A stretch of 64,000 bases of DNA from Azolla caroliniana (taxonomy: Eukaryota; Plantae; Polypodiophyta): the NCBI GenBank assembly GCA_043228905.1, contig JBHGNT010000008.1, positions 5,394,001 to 5,458,000 of the forward strand, given 5' to 3'. Shown in pieces: positions 37,582-50,645 of this stretch; positions within the stretch are counted from its first letter, which is position 1, and each line of letters opens with the position of its first letter. The notes under the pieces were generated by a model. It saw only the letters and a program-made list of their open reading frames with translations. It was not told the DNA's origin and made no database searches. The translations under genes were made by a program, and so were the position numbers.

Positions 37582-40500
37582 TCATGTGTTCATGACACTA
37601 TCCTTCCTTCGAGAACGCCGAGTGGAAGTCGGCGTTAACATTGTTGGGCCGGGCTTGTTTGGATAGTGACGATGGAAGTTGTTGACCAGAGCTTCAGCAT
37701 TACAAACGTTATCAATGGGTTCCCAAGTGCGATCACTCAAAGGATAGCCAAGCCAATCAACTAGATAATAAAGCTTATTGCGCACAATCTTAGAATCGAG
37801 AATAGTAGCTACCTCGTATTCGGGGCCGTCCACAAGTTGTACAGAAGGCGGTGGTGGCACGACACGATTAGGAATTAAAGAGGTGCGGCAAGGTTCCAAA
37901 AAAGAGCTATGAAAGACAGGGTGAAGCCGCATATGTGCAGGAAGGTTAAGATGAAATGTTGCATCATTAATCTGCGCCGTGATGACAAAAGGACCTAAGC
38001 ATTGATAGTCAAGCTTAGCACACGGTCGGGTAGTCTTGATGTGACGACGAAGCAACCATACACGGTCACCAACCTTAAATGGAGACTTAAGACGATGTCG
38101 ATCGGCATTGGTCTTATGGTGAAGATGTGACGATAACTCGAACTGGATTTGTTGTAGTCGGTGGAGGTGATGCGCCGCACTAGGGTTTTGTGACACCTCA
38201 GGAAGATCCAGTATACACCATCGAGGGTGGTTGCCAGTGTAGGCAAAGAAAGGTGTAACTTTGGTAGAAGAGTGGACCGTGTTGTTGTATGCAAACTCGA
38301 CAAGATGTAAAATATTACTCCAATCATCTTGTTGATAACTAATGAAACATCGAAGATATTGCTCGAGCGTTTGATTTGTGCGCTCTATTTGTCCGTCAGT
38401 TTGTGGATGATAATCCGAAGAGAGTTTGCAAGAGATTTTGAGGCCTGCCCATAGGTGCTTCCAAAAGTGTGAGATAAATTGAGGACCTCGATCGCTAATA
38501 ATATCATTCGGGAGACCATGATGGCGAAACACTTCATGCATAATGAGATCTGCAGTTTCTTCACTATTGATGGTCTTTACACATGGTACAAAATGTGCCA
38601 TCTTGGTGAACCGATCCACTACTATTAAAATAGTATCAAAGCCTTTGGAAGGTGGCAGATCCGTAATGAAAGCCATAGAAATAGACTAACATGGCTTGTT
38701 GGGAGGGGGTAATGGTTGTAGTAAGCCATAAGGGTGATGCCGAGGTATTTTGGCGCGACAGCAAGTGTCACAAGTGCGAACATAATCTTCGACAAATTTT
38801 TGCAAGTGAGGCCACCAAAACGAACGTTTCACCAGCTCAATGGTCTTGGAAATACCAAAATGTCCAGCCATGGGGGCATCATGACAATGTTCCAACACTT
38901 GAAGTCGGGGTGATCCGTCGAGGATGTAAAGGAGATTCTTGTAGAAGAATAAGCCATCTTGCCACTTGAAGTCCTAATAATGTTGAGATGACCCTAGCAA
39001 TGTGGAGCAAGATGGACGACTTGAACCACAGTGGGCTAAGACATCCTTAGCGAAATCATCTGAATGAAGTTGTTGTCGAATAGTGTCAAGAAGGGTAGAA
39101 TCAAGTGGCGTGGCATAAATTGTTGTTACCTGTAGCTTTGATGGCCCGAGGAGAATTTGCTTTTGATTGTCAAAGGCCGGATCTCCAAGTCGAAGTGCTA
39201 GATACGAACGTCGAGACAAAGCATCTGCTTTCCCTTGTTGTTTTCTGGGGCGAAAAATGATCTTGAAATCGAAACGCGTTAGAAATTGGGCCCACCGAGC
39301 TTGGCGTCTATTTAATACTCGAGCAATTTGAAAATATGTGAGATTTTTGTGATCACTATAAATGATAATCTGATGAGGTGATTCTTCTAGAAAATGACGC
39401 CATTGCTCAAATGAGTCGACCACAACTAGTAACTCCTTGTCATGCACCTCATAGTTTATCTCCGAAACAGTAAATTTTCTCGAGTGAAACGCGACTGGAT
39501 GTGTCTGCCCGTCCTCGCTTGGTTGCGATAGGATACTCCCCAATGCAAAGTCTGATGCATCTGCCTCAATAGTAAATGGCTTTTCAGGATCAATATGTGC
39601 TAGGATGGGTGTTGATGTGAATGCCTCTTTCAGTTGCGTAAAAGCCTTGTCCGCTTCGATACTCCAAAAAAATGCTTGATTTTTCTTGGTGAGTTGAGTA
39701 AGGGGCAACACAATGCTTGAATAATTATGTATGAATTTGCGATAGAAGTTCGCAAATCCGAGGAAACACTGGACATCCTGAACTGAGCATGGGGGTTTCC
39801 ATTCCAATATTGTTTGGACTTTTGCTGGGTCCATGAAAACACCCTGGGATGAAATAGTGTATCCCAAAAATTCGACTTGTTTGCAATCAAAACTGCATTT
39901 CTGAAGTTTGGCATAAAGACCATACTTCCTTAGGCATTCAAGTACTTGCCGCACATGTATATCATGCTCCCCCTGTGTTTTAGAGTAAATCAATAGATCA
40001 TCTAGGTAGATGATTAGAAAAATATCCAAGAAATCCTGGAAGATGTCATTTGCCATATGTTGGAATACTGCAGGTGCATTTGTGAGCCCGAAAGGCATGA
40101 CTGTATACTCGAAATGACCATACCGAGTACGAAATGTTGTTTTTCACTCATCTCCCGGCCGAATTCAAACAAGATTATATGCACCCCTTAGATCAATTTT
40201 GGTAAAATGCTTTGCCCCACTAATGTGTTCTAAGAGATTGGAGATTAAAGGTAAAGCATACATATTCCTTATGGTGACTTTATTTAAGCCTCGATAGTCC
40301 ACGACCAAGGGAAGGGAGCCGTCCTTTTTCTTCACAAAAAAGATAGGAGCACCAGCTGGAGACTTTGAATGTCGAATAAACCCATGTGCAAGATTTTCCT
40401 CGATTATTCTCAAAGAACCTCAAGCTCATTGGGTGATAAATTGTAAATCGGACCCCACAGTGGCTCTTTTCCTGGTTGGAGATCAATAGGACAGTCGTAC

Positions 40501-41151
40501 GGCCGATGCTTTGGAAGAACACTAGCTTTGACTTTGTCAAAAACATCAGCATAGTCTTGATATTTTTTGGGAATTTGGATGCCTGAATTCCCTTGAGTGA
40601 CACTAGAAGGTGTCACTGATACTGCAAATAAGAAAAGGTCCTCCTTGCCTCCCACATGGCACAATTGTTGAAATGTGATGGCGGAAATTTGATGAGAAGG
40701 ATATGGTGCATCGGTAGAACTATATACTTTAGGAGGATAATCCTGAGTTCGATCCTTGACAATGATATTTTTTGCTAAAGGGCACCTAATTTCTCGCTTC
40801 CTCCAATCGATTCTAGGGTTATGTAGCTCGAACCATGGCAAACCGAGGACAATTGGATGCTCAGGACTACGGATTATGTTAAAGGAAACTACACATCCTA
40901 AATCACCCAAGAGTATGTGTATTGGCTCAAACTCTTCAAATATCTTCCCGGAAGCTATGGGGCGTCCATCAATCACTACTATGGGCAAAATTTCTATCCA
41001 TGAAACAAGAATTGGCTCCAGTATCTAAGAGGGCTTGGACTTGAAGTTGACAACTGGGTGTCCTGACTTGTACTAGGGCTGAGAAGACTCTACTAACATG
41101 CTTGGAAGAAATGGAACCCACACTAGGTTGTACATATCTAGGGTTGTCCAA
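37582..41151 (-). pseudogene. pol: Tcn1-like C pol (PR-RT-RH-INT-chromodomain)
   Basis: ORF pieces 40969-41151, 40410-40988, 40165-40413, 38974-40098, 38686-38898, 37582-38676. Confidence 0.93.
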
Positions 41152-41177
41152 CCAAATGGCTCCTATTTTGGCCGGAC

Positions 41178-42215
41178 TTATTCGTTTGACTCCTCTTCTA
41201 ATTGGTTTAGGACTTCAAATTTATTGGACAAGGGTGGATTATTCATACTATTAGATTCACTAACTACTTCTAAAATGTTGGACTCATTTTTATTGTCATA
41301 GTGAATTTGATTTACCTGACGTCTCAACCTACGGGAGCAATGAATGGCTATATGTCCTGGACCTCCGCAATATAAGCATAGATGGTTTGCTCGACGACGT
41401 TGCTTCTCTTTGTCTAACAACGGTCCTCGTCGTTGAGTCATATCGATCTCCATGGGTGCAGGACTATCCATTGGGACTGGACTACGTGTTTGCCTTGGAG
41501 TTGGAGCAGGGCTATACATTTGCCTTGGGGACAATTGCTCCGTTATTGATGCATAAGTTGGTGTGAATCTTGATCTTGTTATTTGTTGTTGTCGCTCACA
41601 TCGACGCTCAAAAAGGCAATTATCACACCGTATTGCTCAACTAATAGCTTCTGTAAGTGACCTTGGATCCTCGGGGAAGGTAAGAAGTAAGTCTTTGACA
41701 TCACTACGAAGGCCTGAACGGAATTGCTCCATTAGGGCTTGTTCATCCCAAGGAATATCGCTTGCGATGAGATGGAAATTGGCAGCATATGTCGAAGCTG
41801 GTTGATCACCTTGACGAAGTGTACGAATCTTGTTGATAGTTGTTCTCACACCATCAGTATCTCCAAAACAAGCCTTAAATTCCTCGATAAATTCCTCAAA
41901 ATTATTTAGTAGAGGAGAATTGGTCTCTAGCAATGGAGCAAACCACGACAATGTTATGCCAGTCAATAAGGTGCCCACTAGCCCAACTCGTGATGCATCT
42001 ATTGGATAACGCACGGGATGCATTTGAATCACCAACTGTACTTGATTCAGGAAACCTCGGAAATGCGCCCTCAACCCATCAAATTTAGCTAGGAGGCTAA
42101 TTTTGGGCTCCTTGATAAGTCCCTGACCTTCAACCCTTTGTTGTTGTAACACTACGATTGTGGACTCTAATTGTTGCACTCGTCGCGTGAACTCCTCTTG
42201 TTGTTGTTGCTTCTC
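41178..42215 (-). pseudogene. gag: Tcn1-like C gag
   Basis: Retrotransposon gag core plus CX2CX4HX4C knuckle; internal stop at 41637. Confidence 0.9.
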
Positions 42216-42252
42216 TATAGTAACCTACCGAGAAGCTTGACAGAAACAACTA

Positions 42253-44428
42253 TCCATCTTGGTCCTACAAGATGCACCAGTACCTGCTCAGGCACGGTTA
42301 CTGGAGTTATGTCGACGGATTAAATGACACAGCACCCGAATTGACACACAGAGATTTCCCGGTGTGGGAACAGTTGGCGAGCAGAGTACTGTACTGCTTC
42401 GCGTCTTGTGTGGGCGAACAACTTCTGAGCTATATTCGGGATGCAAAAACAACAAAGGATGCTTGGCGAAATCTCAAGAAGATTTTCGCCGCAAGCACCA
42501 CAACCAGGAAGCTTCAACTCCGACAGGAGCTGAGCAACTTACGACAACGCGACTTGTCGGTGGCTGATTACACCTCGAAGATCAAAGAGATATGTGACTC
42601 CTTAGCGTCTATCGATGTGAACGTCGAGGAAGGCGAGATGGTGCTAATTTGTCTCGGGGGACTGGCGTCAATATTCGGAGCGTTCTGAACTGTTGTGTGT
42701 ACACGGGAGAATACGTCGATGCTCCTTATAGAGGAAAACCACATGGGTGCGTCAACGAGCACACATGCCGATAGCAAGATGTTGTACACGGAGGGAGATA
42801 GGCCCCGTGGTCGTGGCGAACGAGGCGAGTCGGTGCGCAATGGAGGCGGCCAACGGGATCAAGGAAGAACGCACTGAAGTGATGCCGACAGCAATTCCAA
42901 ACCCTCTGGAAACAGGGGGAGTCAAGGCGATGAGAACCGGCAAGGGAAATCCATTGCGGAATGCTGGTATTGTGGCAAGAAAGGCCACAAGGAGAGCGAG
43001 TGGTGGAAAAAGCGAGCCGATTCGGACAAAGCCGGATCGAGCCGAAGAGATGCAGAGAGGCATCAGAGATCGCACTACATAGAAGGCTCTGAACGAGTCG
43101 AAAACAAATCGGGCCCAACCTTCGTAATGAAGCATAAGGCCAATTCTATGGTTGTGAACACCTCGAAATCAAGCGAGGTGTGGTATGTTGATTCCGGAGC
43201 GTCAAATCATATGACGAGTCACGAGGAATGGTTCTCATACTTGGAGAAACCGGAATCACAAGGAGTGGTCGAAATGGGAGACGACACTCCGCATACCATC
43301 GAACATGTTGGTGAAGTTCCTCTCAGCCACGTCGGGTAGAAAGGGAAGCTTATGAATGTGTTGCACGTCTCGACAATAATGAAGAACTTGGTGTTGGTCG
43401 GTCAGATCGTCGACCAGGGAATGTAGGTTCGATTCACGCATCTCGGCTGCTTCATAGAAGAGGAAGGCAAAGTAATCGCGCAAGGGCGCCGTGAAGGGAG
43501 GATGTTTATCCTCGACACTAATCAAGCCGGAACCACGTTGTACGCGAAAGGAAAAAAGGTCGAATCAGATATCGACCTGTGGCACAAGCGGTTCGGCCAC
43601 GTAAATTTCCCATGGCTTCATTAAATGCAGACGAAGAACATTGTTTTCAGGTTGCCGAAATTTCGTGGCCGGAATGGCCAAGTCTACGAAGCCTGTCAGA
43701 TGGGAAAACAACACCGACTTCCATTCCCCAACGAGCGTAATCAGAACCGTAATCCGCTCGATTTGATCCATTTGGATGTGTGGGGTCCAACACAGAACGT
43801 GAGTCTCGATGGAAGCCGTTACTTTGTAACCTTCATCGATGATTTCACTCCGTACACGTGGGCATGCACGATCGCAAAGAAGAGCGAAGTTTTCAAATGT
43901 TTTTTGGCGGTGAAGACCCTCGCAAAAAGGGAAACAGGGCGTAAAATCAAATGCCTACGGTCCGATGGCAGGAAGGAGTACTTCTCCGACCAGTTCACAA
44001 GTTATCTACAGAAGGAGGGAATTCAGCGCGAATTCTCGTGTAGATATACACTGGAGCAGAATGGCGAGGCCGAGTGGAAGAATCAAACGATTGAAGAAGC
44101 GGCCAGGGCTATGCTTGAAGAGAAGTATATGCCGAAATTCTATTGGGTAGAAGCCGTGAAGACGGCTGTCTACTTGCAGAATCGGACTTCTACTGATGGA
44201 GGAGTGTCGCCACATGAGCTGTATTTCGGGAAGAATCCGAACTTGGCACACTTGAGGATCTTCGGTACCATTGCATATGTGCATGTGCCAAAGGAAAAGA
44301 GGAGGAAGTTGGATGCCAAAGCCGAAAAGTGTATCTTAGTCGGCTATCCAAACGAATAGAAGGGGTATAAATGTTATAACCCCCGAACAAAGGAAGTACA
44401 CGTAAGTCAAGATGTCGTGTTTGACGAA
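42253..44428 (+). pseudogene. Copia fragment D (gag, protease, integrase)
   Basis: MHQYLLRHGYWSYV, WYVDSGASNHMT, IHLDVWGP, KLDAKAEKCILVGY. Confidence 0.92.
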
Positions 44429-44445
44429 TAAGCTCTGATACCAAG

Positions 44446-44810
44446 TGTTGAGAGACAAGCTCAACATTCGGTGCGTAATCGGGTGCGTAACATAGTGTGT
44501 AAACTGGGTGCATAAATTGGTATGCATAACATGGCCGTATCAGTGTAAAAACCACGAGGCCGTTGGGAAGATATTCCTCGTAAGGAATAATTTTGGGAGT
44601 TAGTGTAGTAGGCTCATTTATGAGCGGTCAAGTACTGTCAGTACTTGTGTCAGACCTATTGTCAGGGCTTGTATAAAAAGTGCTCACTGAGCATGAAGTA
44701 TGTACAGATTGAGTATTATTTTGAATTGAGTTTTTGTGTGTGTATATTCTATTGTTGTGTTCAGTTTTCTGTGTTCGGTTTTCTATTGCTTCCGCACGCT
44801 ATTCTTTTCA
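44446..44810 (+). repeat. Copia LTR followed by iMet PBS (44811-44822)
   Basis: TGTTGAG..TTTTCA then TGGTATCAGAGC; homologous to 54371-54743. Confidence 0.9.
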
Positions 44811-44894
44811 TGGTATCAGAGCGCGAGGGTTGAGAACCTCTGCAGTCAACATAGCTTGAAAAGAAAACCAACCAAGAAGAATAGGATAAACAAA

Positions 44895-47615
44895 ATGGAT
44901 AGAGGCATGGCTAGCTCGCTTCCTATCAAGAAGCTCGATAGAAAGAACTACGCATCTTGGTCCTACAAGATGCACCAATACCTGCTCGGGCACGGTTACT
45001 GGAGTTATGTCAACGAAGTAAATGACACAGGACCCGAATCGACACATAGAGATTTCCCAGTGTGGGAACAATTGGCGACCAGAGTACTGTACTGCTTCAC
45101 GTCTTGTGTGGGTGAACAACTTCTGAGCTATATTCGGGATGCAAAAACGGCAAAGGATGCTTGGGGAAATCTGAAGAAGATTTTCGCCGCAAGCACCACA
45201 ACCAGGAAGCTTCAACTCTTAAAGGAACTGAGCAATTTACGACAACGCGACTTGTCCGTGGCTGATTACACCTCGAAGATCAAAGAGATATGCGACTCCT
45301 TAGGCTCTATTGATGTGAACGTCGAGGAAGGCGAGATGGTGCTTATCTGTCTCGGGGGACTGGCGTCAAAGTTCGGAGCATTCCGAACTGCTATGTGTAC
45401 ACGGGAGAATATGTCATCGTTTGTCGACCTAAAGTCGATGCTCCTTATAGAGGAAAACCACGCGGGTGTGTCGACGAGCATGCATGTTGACAGAAGATGT
45501 TGTACACGGAGGGAGATAGGCCCCATGGTCGTGGCGAATGATGCGAGTCGGTGCACAATGGAGGCGACTGAGGGGATGAAGGAAGAGGGCACCGAAGTGA
45601 TGCCGACAGCAATTCCAGACCCTCCGGAAATAGGGGGAGTCGAGGTGACGAGAACCAGCAAACGAAATCCATTGCGGAATGTTGATATTGTGGCAAGAAA
45701 GGCCACAAGGAGAGCGAGTGTTGGAAGAAGTGCGCCGATTCAGAGAGGACCGGATCCGAATTAGGCTCCGGACAAACCGACAAAAGAAATTAGCAGCAAT
45801 CGCACTACGCTGCAAGGTCCAGTAAAAGCTGGAAAAGGGTCAGCCTTCGTGACGAGACACGAAGTGGAGTCGATGAAGATGTCCACCCTGAAATTGGACA
45901 AGGTGTGGTACGTCAACTCCAGTGCGTCAAACCACATGACGTGCCACAAGGAGTGGTTCTCATACCTTGAGAAACCGATGCAACTAGGAGTAGTCGCAAC
46001 TGGAGACGACACTCCGCATTCGATCGCGAATGTCGGTGAAGTTCCCCTGAGCCATGTCGGGCAGAAAGGGAAACTCATGAACGTGTTACACGTCCCGACA
46101 ATCACGAAGAATCTGGTGTCGTTCGGGCAGATCGTCGACCAGGGGATGCAAGTCCGGTTCATGCATCTCGGGTGCTTCATCGAAGAAGAAGGCTGAGTTA
46201 TTGCGCAAGGGTGCAGAGACAGGAGGATGTTTATCCTCGACTCTAGTGATGGTAGCACCACAATGTTCGCTAAAGGACAAAAATTTGAGTCGGATATCGA
46301 CTTATGGCACAAGCGGATAGGCCACATCAACTATCAAAGGCTTCAGGACCTGCAATCGAAATAGGTGGTGTTCGGATTGCCCAAATTTAGTGGCCAGAAG
46401 GCGCAAATTTTTGAAGCCTGCCAGCTAGGGAAGCAACACCGACTTCCTTTCCCTAACGAGCGTAACCGGAGCTGGAACAAGCTCGACTTGATACATTCCG
46501 ATTGTATGGGGGCCAGCACAGAACGTTAGTCTTGGCGGGAGTCAATTTTGCGTCTCCTTCATCGACAACTATACGCGGCACACGTGGATCTACCTCATTG
46601 AGAAGAAGAGTGAAGTCTTTGACGGTTTCCGGGACCTGAAGAGTTTCGTCAAAAGGGAAACAGGAAGAAAGATCAAGTGCCTGCAGACGGATGGCGGAAA
46701 AGAGTACTTTTCCGGTCAATTCAATGGGTATCTGCAACATATGGGAATTCGGCGCGAATTCAGTTGCAGATATACGCCGGAGCAAAACGGCGTGGACGAA
46801 AGGAAAAATCAGTCGATTGTGGAAGCGGCGCGGGCAATGTTGGAAGAAAAGAGCTTGCCCAAGTTTTATTGGGCCGAGGCGGTACGAACCACGGTATACA
46901 TCCAGAATCGGATCAGAGACAAAGTGTCGGCGCATGAGCAGTATTTCGAAAGGAAGCTGAATCTACGACACTTGAGAGTTTTCGGTAGCATTGCGTATGT
47001 GCATGTGCCGAAGGAGAAACAGAGAAAGTTGGATGCGAAAGCCGAGAAGTGTATCTTGGTCGGCTATTCAGACGAGCAGAAGGGTTATAAGTGTGATAAC
47101 CCTTGCACCAAACAAGTGTGCGTGAGCCCTGACGTTGTGTTTGATGAGTCCACATCATGGTACTTGCCTCCGACTCCGGACCTCACCTCCAATCCGAGTT
47201 CTGACGATGAGGTCAACGAGGCCGAGATGCCTCCGGATGAACATGAAATCGGGACCCGCGAAGAGAGTCTGATTTCGTTTCGGTTAAGCGACTGAATGGA
47301 CGACTATGTCGATTCGACCAGTCTAATGAAGAACCGGTGAGTAGTGGAGACTCGATCGTGCATTCCCCGCGCAGGAAGCCAAGGAGACGGCTTACACACA
47401 AGGAAAAAGGGAAGAAGAAGGTATCGTATTACGGCACGGATAGGAATGAGTTTGATCGACGTGAGTCCGACTCCGAGGGAAGTGATGACGGGTCTTCGAG
47501 AGCGAAGTTCGCGTCAGCCAAGAAAGCCTCAACTTCGGCTAATGAGCAATTACGCCGATCTACCCGCCAGAAGAACCCTGTTGTGCGGTTCGGTTACAAT
47601 GCGTACATGACGCGT
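44895..47615 (+). pseudogene. Copia E gag-protease-integrase, same family as D
   Basis: SLPIKKLDRKNYASWSYKMHQYL, SASNHMT, YTPEQNG, KCILVGYSDEQKGYK. Confidence 0.92.
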
Positions 47616-48491
47616 TGTCGTGGAGAATGTGCTTCACGATATAAAAATGAGCTTAAATGTTGTATTTAATAATATCTGAGAGACTTGAACCCACATCCTT
47701 ATATATGATGTACAATGTACATACCACTAGGCTAGGCTATTTATTTGTAAAAGTGTGTAATAAATGTGCTTCATGATATAAGAATGAAGCTATATATTGT
47801 ATTAAGTAAAATTGAGGGACTTGAACCCTCAACCTTGTATACCAAGCACCAAGCATACACCACTAAGCTAGGTTAGTTATTTTAGAATGCATTTTCATCA
47901 TTATACTTATCCCATATCTATTTTCATACATAGCCATCATTCATCACATGCAATGCATGTGCGCCAAATGGCGATCATGCATTACATGTAACTCATGCAT
48001 TGCATGCATGCCATGCTCCCATACATTACCATATGCATGGCAACACTTATATAAAGAGGGGAAAGGGAAAACAAGGGAAGGAATGAAGAGAGAGTGAAAA
48101 AAATAATACAATCAACTGAAGAAGACTAGCTCATTGGGTGGAGAACCTCTCGTTTCGAAGTTGAGGTCGTGAGTTCGAATCAAGGGTCGGTAGAGAAAGG
48201 GTTCATCTTGCTACCAAACATTGTAAAGTTGGTAAAATCTTGTATTCGTAATACATATCATATAACTTTTTTGTCTTAAATCATACTTTGTCTCTATCTT
48301 GCATCTTGAATCATACATTGCCTCTATCTTTTATCTATACTAGTCTCTCTCTCACACATATTACTTTAAACTATTATTCTTCATATCCTTTATCTTCCTA
48401 ACATTTGCGCGCAAGCCTTATAAAAGTTCCTTCAACTCCCCTTAACCTTAGTCCCTGCGACTTCGCCGCACGAACCACAACTACCCCGACA
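47616..48491 (+). repeat. 5' LTR of non-chromoviral Gypsy F
   Basis: TGTCG..CGACA; TATATAAA ~48049; internal ~136-bp duplication in U3. Confidence 0.82.
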
Positions 48492-48495
48492 CATT

Positions 48496-48513
48496 TGGTG
48501 AACCCGACGTGAA
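48496..48513 (+). promoter_or_regulatory. Primer binding site, tRNA-Trp
   Basis: TGGTGAACCCGACGTGAA is complementary to the plant tRNA-Trp 3' end (..TTCACGTCGGGTTCACCA). Confidence 0.85.
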
Positions 48514-48530
48514 GGCGGCGACGAGGAGAA

Positions 48531-50645
48531 ATGGAGGAGCAAATGAGGCTTATGTGTACGATGATGGAACGAGTGATGCGGGAACAAGGGATGATGGCAA
48601 GCATCGACAAAGCCGTCGACAATATTCTCGCACGAGTAGGAATCTTCGAAGGTATAAATTTAACAAGATTTCTGAAGATTTATAATGAAGAAATGCTTAA
48701 ACGCGGTGTCGACGAAGCTACAAAAATTAATAGCTTTAGTCGAGTCGCTGCGATTGGGCTACAAGAGAGGATCCAAGAGCTCCAAAGGGAGAATCAGACA
48801 TGGACAACATTCGAAAGGGCATTACTCAATGAATACAACCTCAACGATATGTCAAGGATGACAAGGCGAGCTTTCATGGATTGGGTAGAGTCTAATAAAC
48901 ATTTAAGTGTTTTGGAAGTATTAAAAGAGTTTTCTGAAAGATTTGAGCAACTAAATGTTAGAGATAGAAATATAATAGTGCCAGATAAAGTCATATTGTT
49001 TCTACAAGCTACTAATATTAAATACAGGAAGGACTTGGGAATGCTTTTAGAAGATCAGAATAGTCCAAGTGGACTTACCGAAGACTGGGAGCAGGTGAAA
49101 AGGGCTTGCGCCCATTTTTGCAAAAGAAAGTTATGGTTTATGGAGTTGCCCGACAGAAATGATGAAGAAACGGGGAACGAGTCGGGAGAAAAGAAAGTAG
49201 AAGAATCACTCTTACACGAATTAGTGAAAGGCATGAAACACTTGTCGATCAAAGTGACGAAGCTAGAATCGGGACAAAGCTCGACTTCATCAAGGCAAGG
49301 AGGTGGAATGGTGCGAAGGTGTATGTGGTGTGATAGTATCGACCACCAGAAGAAAGATTGTCAAGAGCATAGGGATGCTCTTAATCATAATAAAATCTAC
49401 TATCAAGATGGCAAGATTCACTCAACTGAGACTCGACAACCACTTCAACTCAACTTCGGGCGAGGAGGAATGAAAAGGTTAATGGAAGATGCCGAGAGAG
49501 AAACGACTCAAGCGATACAATCTGTGGCAACCTTAGGATTGCGCGTAGAAGACTCATATGGTGGATCTGGCTTTTGGCAAGATGTGATGGATTATGCAAG
49601 AAAAGGGAAGGTTCGAGTGGATGAATTAAAAAGAGCGGGAGATGAAATACGAAACTTCACTGGATGGAATGATCCAGTAGACGCGCTATCAGCATTCGCC
49701 CAAGTGAATGCACAAGATGTGCTAGTGGAAGAGAAGCGGAAGAGAGCTGAGGAAGCTGATCCGACAAAGAGACATGAGACACGAGAACAAAAGAGAAGGG
49801 AGATGGAAAAGGGTGCTATTGAGCCGAAGGAAGCTGATAAAGTAAAAGGAAAGACAGGCCCATCTTTCAAGCTTGCCTCAGACATAGAAACAACGACGGA
49901 TATAAAAAAGGTACTAGAAACAAGAATATTAAATAGTAAGGTAGAATTTACTTTAAGAGAAGTGTTGGGTATAGCAAAGAAAGAATTTCATGAAGTTATC
50001 ATAGATATTATTAGAAGGAAGAGACAGGTGACGGAGGAAATTACGGGAGGGTGTGCAGCAACACTCCAAGATTTGTATGGTGGCACCATCAATGCTGCAA
50101 GTGTAAAAAACCAGAATGATGTTGGCGTCCATGAAGGGGATAGGAGTCACTATACAAGGGACCATTGGGCTCGAGCAACAACGGAGGCACCTGCAAAAAT
50201 TGGGGAGCAGCAAATTCCATGTATTGCTTTGATCGATCATGGATCAGAGATTAACATGATGTCATCGGAATTTTACGCTCGAGGACGATGGCCGATTGAC
50301 AAGAATCATGGGTGGAAAATAAGAGTTGCCACAGAAACTACAGAGGATCTATTCGGAGCATGTCCTAGTGTGAAGGTAACAATTGGTGATGTCTCGGTGA
50401 ATCAAAATTTCTTTGTGCAGGATCGATCAACCTACCCCGTCATCCTTGGCCAGCCCTACATCACCGCAGTGAGGATGGAAACAAAGGTTATTGATGATGG
50501 TTCGGCTTTCGCGAGAATCAAGAGTCAAGATGGAAGAAAGTGTGTCCAATTCTTAACCGTGAGGCCCAACCATGAAAGAAACAAAGAATGCTTGAGGGAA
50601 CATCCAATTCAAGAGATGGATGAAGAGTTTTCCCAGGATTTTTAG
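48531..50645 (+). CDS. gag: Gag-protease of Gypsy F (open, 704 aa)
   Basis: Uninterrupted ORF with CMWCDSIDHQKKDC knuckle, ALIDHGSEINMM protease motif and VILGQPY. Confidence 0.88.
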   Translation: MEEQMRLMCTMMERVMREQGMMASIDKAVDNILARVGIFEGINLTRFLKIYNEEMLKRGVDEATKINSFSRVAAIGLQERIQELQRENQTWTTFERALLNEYNLNDMSRMTRRAFMDWVESNKHLSVLEVLKEFSERFEQLNVRDRNIIVPDKVILFLQATNIKYRKDLGMLLEDQNSPSGLTEDWEQVKRACAHFCKRKLWFMELPDRNDEETGNESGEKKVEESLLHELVKGMKHLSIKVTKLESGQSSTSSRQGGGMVRRCMWCDSIDHQKKDCQEHRDALNHNKIYYQDGKIHSTETRQPLQLNFGRGGMKRLMEDAERETTQAIQSVATLGLRVEDSYGGSGFWQDVMDYARKGKVRVDELKRAGDEIRNFTGWNDPVDALSAFAQVNAQDVLVEEKRKRAEEADPTKRHETREQKRREMEKGAIEPKEADKVKGKTGPSFKLASDIETTTDIKKVLETRILNSKVEFTLREVLGIAKKEFHEVIIDIIRRKRQVTEEITGGCAATLQDLYGGTINAASVKNQNDVGVHEGDRSHYTRDHWARATTEAPAKIGEQQIPCIALIDHGSEINMMSSEFYARGRWPIDKNHGWKIRVATETTEDLFGACPSVKVTIGDVSVNQNFFVQDRSTYPVILGQPYITAVRMETKVIDDGSAFARIKSQDGRKCVQFLTVRPNHERNKECLREHPIQEMDEEFSQDF

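Larger units (their letters stand above)
37154..42250 (-). mobile_element. Tcn1-like Gypsy chromovirus C, 5' LTR missing
   Basis: 3' LTR 37154-37597; gag (PKISL.AKFDG, CLYCGGPGHIAIHC), pol LLDTGA, YLDD, RNase H, integrase, chromodomain. Confidence 0.93.
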
